A DNA stretch of 39,465 nucleotides from a bacterium (GTDB taxonomy: Bacteria > Armatimonadota > Zipacnadia > Zipacnadales > Zipacnadaceae). Position 1 is the stretch's first letter; every line of letters begins with the position of its first letter. The stretch lies in assembly GCA_030607655.1 (NCBI GenBank), contig JAUWJN010000001.1:1-39465 (forward strand), written 5' to 3'. The notes below the pieces were generated by a model. It was given only the letters and a program-made list of their open reading frames with translations, was not told where the DNA came from and made no database searches. Position numbers and translations under genes: made by a program. Shown here one piece after another: positions 1-8,166 of the stretch.

Positions 1-247
1 ACACATAGCTAAACGGGGCGGCGGTGTCAGTTCCCACCAACACTCCGTCTATCCGAAACTCTACCTTGTCAGCACCGGCTGATGCCGTCACAGTCACCGC
101 AATGTTTACAGCAGTGCCCTGATCTATGCTGGCCCCAGCGGCCGGTGCAGTGATAGTTACCCCTATGCTCGGGCCACCTTCCCCGTGGCACCCGGCCATA
201 ACCAACACCAGAGCAATTACTGGCACGACCCACAAATACTTATACAT
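1..247 (-). CDS. Lipoprotein N-terminus followed by the first half of a bacterial Ig-like domain; partial, runs off the window start
   Basis: ATG at 247-245 (complement) gives MYKYLWVVPVIALVLVMAGC/HGEGG (signal peptide plus lipobox). It continues ...ITAPAAGASIDQGTAVNIAVTVTASAGADKVEFRIDGVLVGTDTAAPFSYV and is open to base 1. It is absent from the ORF track because it is truncated. Confidence 0.6.
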   Translation of the reverse strand, partial: MYKYLWVVPVIALVLVMAGCHGEGGPSIGVTITAPAAGASIDQGTAVNIAVTVTASAGADKVEFRIDGVLVGTDTAAPFSYV

Positions 248-347
248 AACTACTCCCTCCTTATTTTTGCTTGCTAGTGACGTAGACATTATAGCCATTC
301 TTCGCCTTCCTGTCAATCTTTCCTCCTCACCGACTTCACAACTTCCC

Positions 348-791
348 TTAAAATGGCGGCGGGGGCGGGCCACCTCCCGGCGGCCAGGGCAAAGGCCAGT
401 TGTTGATCGGGTCGACCACTGCCCGCAGCACTGCTATCGCATCGCCAACATCAGGGGCACCACTACCGTCAACATCCGCCAGCCACCGCTCAGTAGACGT
501 GGGCACATCCAGTTGTACGACAAATCGTAGTATTTTAATAGCATCGCCCACGGTGGGGTGACCATCACCATCTATATCCCCCAACAAGTAACCCGTGGCC
601 ATCGGACTCACTGTGTCGCCAGCCCTCAACGGTTGGCCCATAACACGCGAGGCTGGCTGGCTCAGGGGCTGCACTGACTGCGCGGCTGGTGCGGCCAGGT
701 TGTCACCTCCGCCACAGCCGCTGATGACCATCACAAATATCCCGAGAAATACAATGGCTAATATGAGGAAGGTATTGACGCTGCTCATCAT
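348..791 (-). CDS. Small dockerin-domain lipoprotein with a polyproline C-terminal tail
   Basis: Track ORF 348..833. I prefer the ATG at 791 (GGGGGA Shine-Dalgarno about 5 nt upstream), giving MMSSVNTFLILAIVFLGIFVMVISGC/GGGD (lipobox). There are two dockerin-type Ca-loop plus helix repeats: DIDGDGHPTVGDAIKILRFVV and DVDGSGAPDVGDAIAVLRAVV. The protein ends NNWPLPWPPGGGPPPPPF. Confidence 0.75.
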   Translation of the reverse strand: MMSSVNTFLILAIVFLGIFVMVISGCGGGDNLAAPAAQSVQPLSQPASRVMGQPLRAGDTVSPMATGYLLGDIDGDGHPTVGDAIKILRFVVQLDVPTSTERWLADVDGSGAPDVGDAIAVLRAVVDPINNWPLPWPPGGGPPPPPF

Positions 792-1000
792 GGCTTCCCC
801 CTTATAACTATCTGTCTCCGAACAGTACCGCATTGATAGTTTAGACTTTTGCCGGGTTAATAAAGTTCCCTCTACCTTTCATTATCCATAATCCCAGGGA
901 GGTGGAAGATATTGGGACGGCGAAATACATCTTGCTAACAAGCAAGTCGGCATTGGGCAGGGATTTATTAGCTGAGTGCTGAATTATAAGTAAGATAGCC

Positions 1001-1009
1001 TGGTATTAT
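1001..1009 (+). promoter_or_regulatory. Possible extended -10 promoter (TGgTATTAT) for repA
   Basis: tggtattat lies about 27 nt upstream of the repA ATG. There is no good -35, and a tandem acagag-acagag follows it. Confidence 0.3.
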
Positions 1010-1035
1010 ACAGAGAACAGAGTCTAACTATAACC

Positions 1036-2448
1036 ATGAGCTATGATAACATAAAGCTCCCTCGGCTGCAAGAGGAGGATGCCTCCGAGCAGATTACCTT
1101 AGAGCCCCTGCGCATTGGGGGCGACGAGATGAACCTGGCTGAATTCCCCTTTACCCTGCTGGCTGACCGACAGCCCTCAGGCGTGGACACCGTTGAGTTC
1201 TCCGACGTAATCAAGGGCAAAGATGGTGAAGTAATAGAGCGCACTTGGATTGTGACGGGGGCCGAAGAATTCGGCCTACCTGTGGCCAGTGACGAACAGG
1301 TGTACGTCGCCCTAATGGAACTGACCCGCGAGCAGGGCTTTAATAGCCGTGTCATCTATCTAACTCGCTACGAATTGATAAAACGGCTAGGCTGGCCGGA
1401 TAAGGGTGGTAGCTACGCACGCCTGAAGGGCTGTTTGGATAGACTGTTGGGGGTTACTATTACCGCCAATCAAGCCTTCTGGGACAAAACTAAACGCCGC
1501 TATCTGGACGTTGGCTTTCACATAATTGATGATTACGCTTTATACCGGGAACCCGCCGGTCGCAAGCCGCGCTGCGCTCCTATCCGTCAGCCCCTGAGCT
1601 ATATAGCCTGGAATCAGGTAGTCTTCAAGTCGTTCCAGGCAGGTAATATAAAACAATTGGATACCGGCTTTTACTTCGGCCTGCGTAGCGCTGTCTCCCG
1701 CCGATTATTCCGCTATCTGGACAAGAAGCGGCTGGACGGCAAGCGTGCTTTTAGAATAGGGCTGCGGAAGTTAGGCTTTGAGAAGCTGGGCATGAGCCGT
1801 AACTATTATCCTAGCCACATCAAGCAGGAACTCGCCCGCGCCCACCAGGAACTCATTGACAACGCTTTCCTGGCGGGCGTTCAGTATCACCGCCCTGGTC
1901 GTGATGTGGATGAGCAAGTGCTTTACTGGTTCCCCACCGGTAAGTATCAATTCTCTGCCGACTCCGGCCAGCGAGCCCGAGTCACCGAGCTGCTCCAGCA
2001 GCTATCTGAGGTGGGAATCACCCGGTCGGTTGCCGAACAACTATTAGCCCAGCATGGTGAGCAAGTGCAGGCCCAGCTACAGTATCTCCCCTATCGCAAC
2101 CCCCATGATCCTGCTGCGATGTTAGTCGAATCCATACGGAATGACTGGGCTCCTCCAGCTAGCCATCTAAAAGCTCAGGCCGAGGCCGATAAAGCGCGTC
2201 AGGAGGCTGAAGCCGAGCGTCAGCGCCAGCAGGAAAGGCGCCGGCAGCAAGGCAAACGGCAAGCTCGGAAAGAGGCCTGTCACCGCGCCTTAGAGCGCCT
2301 CTCCCCCACCGAGCGCCAGCAGATAGAAGCTACTGCCCGCCGCCAGATCCAGGAGGATAATCCTGCCCTTGCCGCCCACCCCGACACCACTGCCTACCAA
2401 GTCCTCTTTGAGGAGTACATCGCTGAACTACTGTTGCCATCAGACTAG
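1036..2448 (+). CDS. repA: Plasmid replication initiator, replication initiator protein A (RPA/RepA) family
   Basis: 470-aa ORF. The segments MNLAEFPFTLL, LPVASDEQVYVALMELTREQGF and RYELIKRLGW resemble RPA-family winged-helix initiators. The C-terminus is a charged coiled region (KAQAEADKARQEAEAERQRQQERRRQQGKRQARKE). It sits next to parA. The family call is from motif memory only. Confidence 0.65.
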   Translation: MSYDNIKLPRLQEEDASEQITLEPLRIGGDEMNLAEFPFTLLADRQPSGVDTVEFSDVIKGKDGEVIERTWIVTGAEEFGLPVASDEQVYVALMELTREQGFNSRVIYLTRYELIKRLGWPDKGGSYARLKGCLDRLLGVTITANQAFWDKTKRRYLDVGFHIIDDYALYREPAGRKPRCAPIRQPLSYIAWNQVVFKSFQAGNIKQLDTGFYFGLRSAVSRRLFRYLDKKRLDGKRAFRIGLRKLGFEKLGMSRNYYPSHIKQELARAHQELIDNAFLAGVQYHRPGRDVDEQVLYWFPTGKYQFSADSGQRARVTELLQQLSEVGITRSVAEQLLAQHGEQVQAQLQYLPYRNPHDPAAMLVESIRNDWAPPASHLKAQAEADKARQEAEAERQRQQERRRQQGKRQARKEACHRALERLSPTERQQIEATARRQIQEDNPALAAHPDTTAYQVLFEEYIAELLLPSD

Positions 2449-2543
2449 CACGCAAGCTGAGTTGTCCATGTGTTCCTCTGGAGAATAAGCTATCCCTTGT
2501 CCGGCTGCGGCTTTCTCTGCCCCGTCGCTTCCCGTGTTTTCCC

Positions 2544-2909
2544 TCAGGTTCCAGCTCTCTCTTCCAGCAGAGTCGCGATCTGCCCCGTATCCCCCATCAT
2601 CTGCTCTAGTATTACCTCTACCACTTGTGAGCGACTTACTTTCAAGTCCTGATCCAGTAGTAACTGCACCCTGGTCAGCTCTAGCCGCTTTAATAAGTCT
2701 GGCGGCAAATAAAAGGTCACCTTCTCCGTGAAACCGGCCTCAATGGTGCGGGGCGGCCTGGCTTCCGTTGGCACCGGTGTCGGCGGCGCCTCTCTATTAC
2801 TTTTGCCGTTTTGCGGTTTTACCGCTTTGCGTTTAGGACGCTTCGCCTTTTCATTGGGACCACCCCCAAAAAAGTCTGCTGCCATGGGCAATTTAGGCTT
2901 CCCGGCCAC
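2544..2909 (-). CDS. Small ribbon-helix-helix centromere-binding partner of ParA (ParG-like)
   Basis: 121 aa, GTG start at 2909 with GGAGG 9 nt upstream. It overlaps the parA stop by 17 nt. A Lys/Pro-rich disordered N-terminal tail is followed by KVTFYLPPDLLKRLELTRVQLLL...VSRSQVVEVILEQ, a strand-helix-helix pattern. Confidence 0.6.
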   Translation of the reverse strand: MAGKPKLPMAADFFGGGPNEKAKRPKRKAVKPQNGKSNREAPPTPVPTEARPPRTIEAGFTEKVTFYLPPDLLKRLELTRVQLLLDQDLKVSRSQVVEVILEQMMGDTGQIATLLEERAGT

Positions 2910-3669
2910 GTTCGATGACCTCCTTCGCTACCTTACGATATACTTCAGCGGCTTCGCTAGTTGGCGCATACTTGGTGATAGGTTGGCCACTAGCCGGTGA
3001 TTCTTCGAACTTGATAGTGCGGGGTATCACAGTCTTAAACACCAGCTCCCCGAAGCCCTCCCGTACCATCTCGATCACCTGCTGGTGATGTCTCGTGCGC
3101 CGGTCATGCATCGTTAGCAGAATTCCACATATCCTTAAATCTGGTCTTACTCCCTGCACCTGCTTAATATTGCCCGTGATCTGTTGCAGTCCGTGCAGCG
3201 CCAAGTAAGAACACTGCTGGGGTACAATCACCTCGTCTGCCGCGGCCAGCGCCGAAACCGACAGCAAGTGCAACCCCGGGCCTGTATCTATCAAAATGAA
3301 ATCGTAATCGTCTCCCAGCGGACTGACCGCCCGTGCCACAACTTGCTCTCGCTCGCTTGAATCCATATCCGCCAACACCCACTCCGCCGCAGCCAGGTTA
3401 CTATCGGCCGGCGCTACCTCCACCCCTACACCCTCCACGCTCACTATGACTTCCTCCATCCCCATACCTTCCTTGAGCAACCCCTCATACACAGTCCCTA
3501 CCAACCCCTCCTTTACAACACCCAGGTGCGCACTGAGATCGCCGCGTGGGTCAAGATCTATAAGCAGCACCCTTTTCCGCATCTCCACCAGGCCGGCTCC
3601 CAGGTTCACCACCGTTGTCGTCTTCCCCACTCCCCCTTTTTGATTTGCCACTACAATAGTGCGTCCCAT
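2893..3669 (-). CDS. parA: ParA/Soj-type partition ATPase
   Basis: Deviant Walker A in MGRTIVVANQKGGVGKTTTVVNLG, followed by LLIDLDPRGD and DFILIDTGPG. About 258 aa, the size of a type Ib ParA. The ATG at 3669 is preceded by GGGGAG; the track ORF begins at an upstream GTG at 3687. Confidence 0.9.
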   Translation of the reverse strand: MGRTIVVANQKGGVGKTTTVVNLGAGLVEMRKRVLLIDLDPRGDLSAHLGVVKEGLVGTVYEGLLKEGMGMEEVIVSVEGVGVEVAPADSNLAAAEWVLADMDSSEREQVVARAVSPLGDDYDFILIDTGPGLHLLSVSALAAADEVIVPQQCSYLALHGLQQITGNIKQVQGVRPDLRICGILLTMHDRRTRHHQQVIEMVREGFGELVFKTVIPRTIKFEESPASGQPITKYAPTSEAAEVYRKVAKEVIERGREA

Positions 3670-3716
3670 TGTATCTCCCCTCATCACTCTCGTTGCCGTT
3701 TGCGTTTCCGCTGATG

Positions 3717-3946
3717 GCTACCGTTATACCGTAATTCTGCATAAATGTCAATCCTTTTACCTGCATTACCGTTATCCCGCATAGCTGTTATGCGGCCTGA
3801 CCGTTTTACGGCATGCCCGTTGGGCACCCACACGGTTATCCACTCTAGACACCCTAACTCTAGGCCCGATACGTACGGCGATATCTTGCAGCCACGAAGC
3901 TATACCTTCCTTGTCCTAGCGCAGTATAGCGGTAGGGCCGTAATAC
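3717..3946. repeat. Cluster of short direct and inverted repeats upstream of parA: candidate centromere or par operator (possibly origin) region
   Basis: TACCGTTAT-ACCGTAAT (3717-3734), TACCGTTATCC (3765-3775), ACGGTTATCCA (3830-3840). Palindromes: CCGCATA-gctgt-TATGCGG (about 3775-3793), CCGT-ttt-ACGG (about 3799-3809), CCGTA-a-TACGG (3936-3946). All lie in a 478-bp stretch with no credible ORF. Confidence 0.4.
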
Positions 3947-4165
3947 GGTATTGCAGTGGCCACGCCCGGCGCGGCTATCATTGCACAGTAAATCGCCAGT
4001 GGTTCGTTGTGCCGGCTGCCGCCGTGGTGGGGGATGGGGGAGAGGGGGTAGGCTCGCAGGCTGGGCGCACGTGTAGTTCTCTTATGAGGAGTCTGTTTGC
4101 AAAACCCGGGGGCTATGCACACAGTGAGCTATTTGCGGGGATGCGCGCGGAAGGGGTTGTCTTTT

Positions 4166-5944
4166 CTAGAAATCCATTGCGTAGTAAATATCTCTATCTA
4201 GCCCCGGGCACTGTTGGTTAAGGTAATACTTACTTAGCGACACTTGTGCCTCTAGCAGCATCTCCATCTCCTCATTGGTGTGATAGGTGTACGGATTAAA
4301 CTGCGCCAGCCGCTCCTGGCTAATACCAGGCACGCGAGTCGGCACCAATACCTTCTCGCCCCATAGCGGATGCGGCGCATACTCCACCGCGCCGCGCACC
4401 ACCTGAATTAAGAAGAGCTCCGTCTCCTCAATGGCGGGATCAGTGCCCCCTGCCGGCTGCTTCTTACCATGTCTCATCTGGAAGATAGCGCGCGGCACTG
4501 CGTACTCCTGCCCATCCAGCGTCATAGTATGCCACTCGTACTTGGCGCCTATCTTCCCAGTTGTATTTATCTGATAGACCTCAATTGGATCGCCGGCATT
4601 AGCGCGCTTTAGCATGAAATCACGCAGGCGGTGCACATGCTCGGCATTGCCCACGCCCATTGTAAAGGGCAGGCAGTAGCGGCTACAGTATTTGGTCTCA
4701 CCGACCCCTACTTTGCTTTGGGCTGGATGGCCTACCGTGCGCCCGTCAGCTAGGACTTTAGCTGCGAAGTCAATGTCGTTGATTTTCAGCCACGCATAGT
4801 CGTTCGTGTAGCCAGGGCTGATAAACACCATGGCATTGGGTGGGGCCGTTGAATCAACGCTTCCGTCAAAATACCCGGTATCCTCCAGCCGCAGGACGGT
4901 GCGCGCATTCTGATTAAGCTCTCCATGGTACTGAAAGCGCTTGCCTTCGAAGCTGACCTCGCCATCCTCATCCCATTCGGTATTCTCATGCAGGGCGTGC
5001 GGGCTCATCCCGGCCCGATAAATTGCCTGCTGATGGCGGCCTACTCTTTCCGTCTTAGTCCAAGCCCCTTGCTCAGACCCGTATGCTTTATCCTCAAACC
5101 AACCAATGATATCATCATTCTTAATCGCCTGATCATAGACAATATCTGAGAAATCTATCCCAAACCTTTCCCTGAATATCGGGTTAGTTTCCTCATTAAA
5201 TATATACAATGCGTGTGTAGATTTGCCACTCCCTGTCAGCCCCCATACGCCCATTACCACGCGCTTTTCGCTGCCATCTGTCATCTTCACGGTAAACTCC
5301 TTGAGCCCCGCGTGTTCCCCGGTGCCACCACGGTTATAGCAGTGCAGTATCCAGTGTGACAGGAAAGCCTTCTTCACTTCGCCTTGATATGAGCTCCCCG
5401 TGCAGATGGTGTAATTATGATTGGGGAAGCGAATGACCTGCAGTATGGTCTCCGGTTTGCCGGGGATTGGCGGGTTCTGCAGATACTGGGGTATAAAAAA
5501 TAGCTCCGCATCCGGCTTCTCGTTGGGGTCGGCCGGAAAGCACAACTGCTGCCACCGATGAGCTATATCGGGGTACTGAGGATCACAATAAAGCCGGCAG
5601 TGCATCTCAGCCGGGGAGCCCGGGCTGCCCAGGTTAGCATCAATCTGAATCAGTGGCCGCCCTTGGATATGCTCCAAAACTCGCAGCATAAGTTGCCGAT
5701 GGTAGGGTTTGAGTTCGTGCTCGCTGGCCACCACTTCCGTATTGGCTTCACTCCTGTGCCAGATATTTGACCCCCATCCCCAGCTTCCATTCTTATACTG
5801 TACCCCATAGGCTTTTGCCCTTTCCATCAAATCATCAGGGTTATTTTGAGTCGGCTCAATTCCCGCTGCTTGCTTTTCCCTAATCATCTCCCTGAATATG
5901 TTTTGGAAGCTTGCGATAGTAATCTGTCCTGTTGTTATTGGCAT
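4166..5944 (-). CDS. Highly divergent phosphoenolpyruvate carboxykinase (ATP)-family protein
   Basis: Kinase-1a-like P-loop GVWGLTGSGKSTHAL (compare GLSGTGKTTLS). GSSYQGEVKKAFLS matches G-x-x-Y-x-GE-x-KK. NDDIIGWFEDKAYGSEQGAWTKT compares with GDDEHGW..GVFN.EGGCYAK. YQINTTGKIG compares with YLVNTGW.G. The ATG at 5944 follows AGGAGG by 7 nt. Confidence 0.6.
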   Translation of the reverse strand: MPITTGQITIASFQNIFREMIREKQAAGIEPTQNNPDDLMERAKAYGVQYKNGSWGWGSNIWHRSEANTEVVASEHELKPYHRQLMLRVLEHIQGRPLIQIDANLGSPGSPAEMHCRLYCDPQYPDIAHRWQQLCFPADPNEKPDAELFFIPQYLQNPPIPGKPETILQVIRFPNHNYTICTGSSYQGEVKKAFLSHWILHCYNRGGTGEHAGLKEFTVKMTDGSEKRVVMGVWGLTGSGKSTHALYIFNEETNPIFRERFGIDFSDIVYDQAIKNDDIIGWFEDKAYGSEQGAWTKTERVGRHQQAIYRAGMSPHALHENTEWDEDGEVSFEGKRFQYHGELNQNARTVLRLEDTGYFDGSVDSTAPPNAMVFISPGYTNDYAWLKINDIDFAAKVLADGRTVGHPAQSKVGVGETKYCSRYCLPFTMGVGNAEHVHRLRDFMLKRANAGDPIEVYQINTTGKIGAKYEWHTMTLDGQEYAVPRAIFQMRHGKKQPAGGTDPAIEETELFLIQVVRGAVEYAPHPLWGEKVLVPTRVPGISQERLAQFNPYTYHTNEEMEMLLEAQVSLSKYYLNQQCPGLDRDIYYAMDF

Positions 5945-6037
5945 ATGCACCCCTCCTTAAATTTCATGAGCTTCCCGCCTCATACAACTTATCTCTCAAA
6001 CTTGTAATAATAACATATCATTTCCCGGCCTGGCAGA

Positions 6038-6066
6038 ATTATACCTCCCCGCCAGCATAATTGCAA
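6038..6066 (-). promoter_or_regulatory. Sigma70-type promoter for the PEPCK-like gene
   Basis: On the minus strand: TTGCAA (6066-6061), a 17-nt spacer, then TATAAT (6043-6038). Confidence 0.55.
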
Positions 6067-6077
6067 GCGCCAGGGTC

Positions 6078-6164
6078 TTGACAAGAAATTAGGGTTTGTA
6101 TTATAATTGCTCTTGACATAGATTTGGCATTATGATATAATTATAATAGTTCAGTAGGTATAAT
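6078..6164 (+). promoter_or_regulatory. Stacked consensus sigma70 promoters upstream of the PEP-CTERM gene
   Basis: P1: TTGACA 6078-6083, 18-nt spacer, TATAAT 6102-6107. P2: TTGACA 6113-6118, 17-nt spacer, TATAAT 6136-6141. Additional TATAAT hexamers occur at 6142-6147 and 6159-6164. Confidence 0.6.
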
Positions 6165-6227
6165 GACTGTCCCGGGGGGCAGCATTCTGTTATTGCCCTC
6201 TAATTTGCACAAAGGGAGCTGCTGATT

Positions 6228-6806
6228 ATGATCCCAAGAATTGCCCTGCTTGTTTGTCTCCTCGCTGTATTATCTACTGTTGTAGTGGCCGATACTATTA
6301 GTTCGAGTTATGACGCTGGCACAGATAAATGGAATTACGACGTAACCTTTAGCCCAAACGGCCAGTCTTTCCGTGTCTACCTCGACCCCAATATGTCTTG
6401 GAATTATATTACTGGTATCGGCTTTAGTGTGAATAGTGGCACATGGTCCAATCCCGGGAGCCTTGGGACGGATTATAGCTGGAGCGGCATTACCTTGCCA
6501 TACCTAGAGTGGGCCAAAAGCTTTGGCACTACTACCTCAGGCAGCTTTTGGTTTTCTGACGCCCACTATATGGTTGATGGGGTTCACGAAATGGATTTGA
6601 ACAACCACCCCGGACCCCTACTTTATAATCCGCCCTCACATCGCGACGCTCCGGCAGCACAGACGACCGGAACAGGTGATGGCGCTACCTGGTATGGCTA
6701 CGATGGGATTGATACGGCCATTACTCCCGAGCCAACTACTCTTAGTTTACTGGCCCTTGGCCTGTTGGGTTTGGCCGGAGTTGTACGCCGTCGCCGTAGT
6801 ATGTGA
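6228..6806 (+). CDS. Secreted PEP-CTERM sorting-domain protein
   Basis: Signal peptide MIPRIALLVCLLAVLSTVVVA. The C-terminus ITPEPTTLSLLALGLLGLAGVVRRRRSM has the PEP motif, a TM helix and an Arg cluster. AGGGAG Shine-Dalgarno upstream. Confidence 0.85.
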   Translation: MIPRIALLVCLLAVLSTVVVADTISSSYDAGTDKWNYDVTFSPNGQSFRVYLDPNMSWNYITGIGFSVNSGTWSNPGSLGTDYSWSGITLPYLEWAKSFGTTTSGSFWFSDAHYMVDGVHEMDLNNHPGPLLYNPPSHRDAPAAQTTGTGDGATWYGYDGIDTAITPEPTTLSLLALGLLGLAGVVRRRRSM

Positions 6807-6836
6807 GCAACCTCACTAACATTGTATAAGTGAAAG

Positions 6837-6862
6837 ACCGGGCTGCCAGCGCCCGGTTTTTC
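6837..6862 (+). terminator. Rho-independent terminator
   Basis: ACCGGGC-tgccagc-GCCCGGT followed by TTTTT, about 30 nt after the stop codon. Confidence 0.7.
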
Positions 6863-7059
6863 TGTAAAAGGGCTTCGCCCAGCCCGATACAGCGCTCGCT
6901 ACAATTGATAGCGTCTCTGCCCGACTCCTTTTAGTGGTGTCGCCGCAGGCCACAATTTAACTTATACCTTGCGTTCTTTGATATATATTGGTATAATAGT
7001 TGTGTGTGTAACATACCTGCAAACTGGGTATAAGAGTAATATAAAAAGGGGGAACTCTG

Positions 7060-7779
7060 ATGCTACGGACTAGTAATCATAGCCGAGCCGCATTTACTCT
7101 AATTGAGTTGCTTGTAGTTATCGCCATTATCGCTATCCTCGCGGCCATACTTTTCCCTGTGTTTGCGCGGGCTAAGTCTAAGGCCAACCAGGCCACCTGT
7201 CTATCCAACCTTAAACAAATTGGCCTCGCCTTTCATATGTACGCTGGCGACTGGGACGGGCTTTTCCCGCCCCAGAAGGATGGCAATGACGATCTCGCCT
7301 ACATAAACTGGACCTACGGCTGGAATACTATAGATATTGCCCTTTACCCTGGCTTTAAGTACACCATGACGTATACGGTAGAAGCGCTAGACCCCTACAT
7401 GAGAAACTACGACATATGGTTCTGCCGTGATGATCCGTGGGCGGGAGACCGTACTGCTGGTCTTAGCACCACAGAGCTTGCTCAGGCCGGAGAGATTAGC
7501 TACAGTTTTGCTACGCAGTGGGAAACCTGGGGTGGGCTGGAGGATCCGATGTGTCCTGACTCTAGTGGCGAGTTCATCGACTTAGTGACCGGCTCCCCCT
7601 CAAAACGGCTGCTGATGGTAGACAACGGCTTGCCCCAATACCCTAGTTCGAATTCTACCGACTACGACTTCCCGCACTTTAGTGGCACCAATTCCCTCTT
7701 TTTGGATGGCCACGCGGACTTTATTCCCTGGCACCTGTATACTTTTGTCCATCCGCCGCTTGCGCCGTATACTCCTTAG
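7060..7779 (+). CDS. Prepilin-type N-terminal cleavage/methylation protein of the H-X9-DG (DUF1559-like) class
   Basis: [29 protein letters not shown] (type IV pilin-like leader plus helix). Near the C-terminus, [13 protein letters not shown] is an exact H-x9-DG motif. Confidence 0.9.
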   Translation: MLRTSNHSRAAFTLIELLVVIAIIAILAAILFPVFARAKSKANQATCLSNLKQIGLAFHMYAGDWDGLFPPQKDGNDDLAYINWTYGWNTIDIALYPGFKYTMTYTVEALDPYMRNYDIWFCRDDPWAGDRTAGLSTTELAQAGEISYSFATQWETWGGLEDPMCPDSSGEFIDLVTGSPSKRLLMVDNGLPQYPSSNSTDYDFPHFSGTNSLFLDGHADFIPWHLYTFVHPPLAPYTP

Positions 7780-7806
7780 CGCCGCTTGAGTGTAATTCTA
7801 ACCCAA

Positions 7807-7833
7807 CAGCCCCATCAACGGTGGGGCTGTTTG
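7807..7833 (+). terminator. Rho-independent terminator
   Basis: CAGCCCCA-tcaacgg-TGGGGCTG followed by a T-rich tail (tttgcctgttt). Confidence 0.6.
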
Positions 7834-8070
7834 CCTGTTTGTCCCTATTGTCCAGAGAGCTGCTGTTGCTCCGCCGGGCGGCCTCTTTGCGCTCACACTA
7901 TGGACAATCCCTAATCTCGCTTCTCTGGGCCTATCATTCCGGCCCCTCTCCCTGGGCCCGGCACCTATTTAGCGTCTTCTTTCCTAGCGTATTTAATCCC
8001 TCTCCAATATTATAGCGGGGCGGCCCTTGACCTCAAGATCGCCTCGGCACTGCCTCTGGCTGGCCAGTAA

Positions 8071-8166
8071 TACCGACCTTTAACTTGACTAATTGCCGAC
8101 CCCTGAATTAAAAAATGCCGACCTCCAGCTTTAGCTCTTTACATACTATAACGACCAGCGACCCAA
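8071..8166 (+). repeat. Phased direct repeats (T)GCCGACC(T), iteron- or regulator-array-like, upstream of an AT-rich block (8229-8272)
   Basis: CCGACC occurs at 8073-8078, 8096-8101 and 8118-8123 (spacing 23 and 22 nt). Degenerate CGACC copies occur at about 8152 and 8160. The repeats sit in a 670-bp non-coding gap. Confidence 0.3.

Noticed and set aside
595-807. 70-aa plus-strand ORF, and the 134-aa ORF at 126-530, opposite the dockerin lipoprotein genes
   Set aside because: Both are antisense to genes with clear signal-peptide and dockerin features and have no features of their own.
3745-4221. 158-aa plus-strand ORF spanning the parA/PEPCK intergenic gap
   Set aside because: It has no Shine-Dalgarno sequence, its composition is not protein-like, it runs through the repeat and palindrome array, and it overlaps the end of the PEPCK-like gene. 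I treat the region as non-coding.
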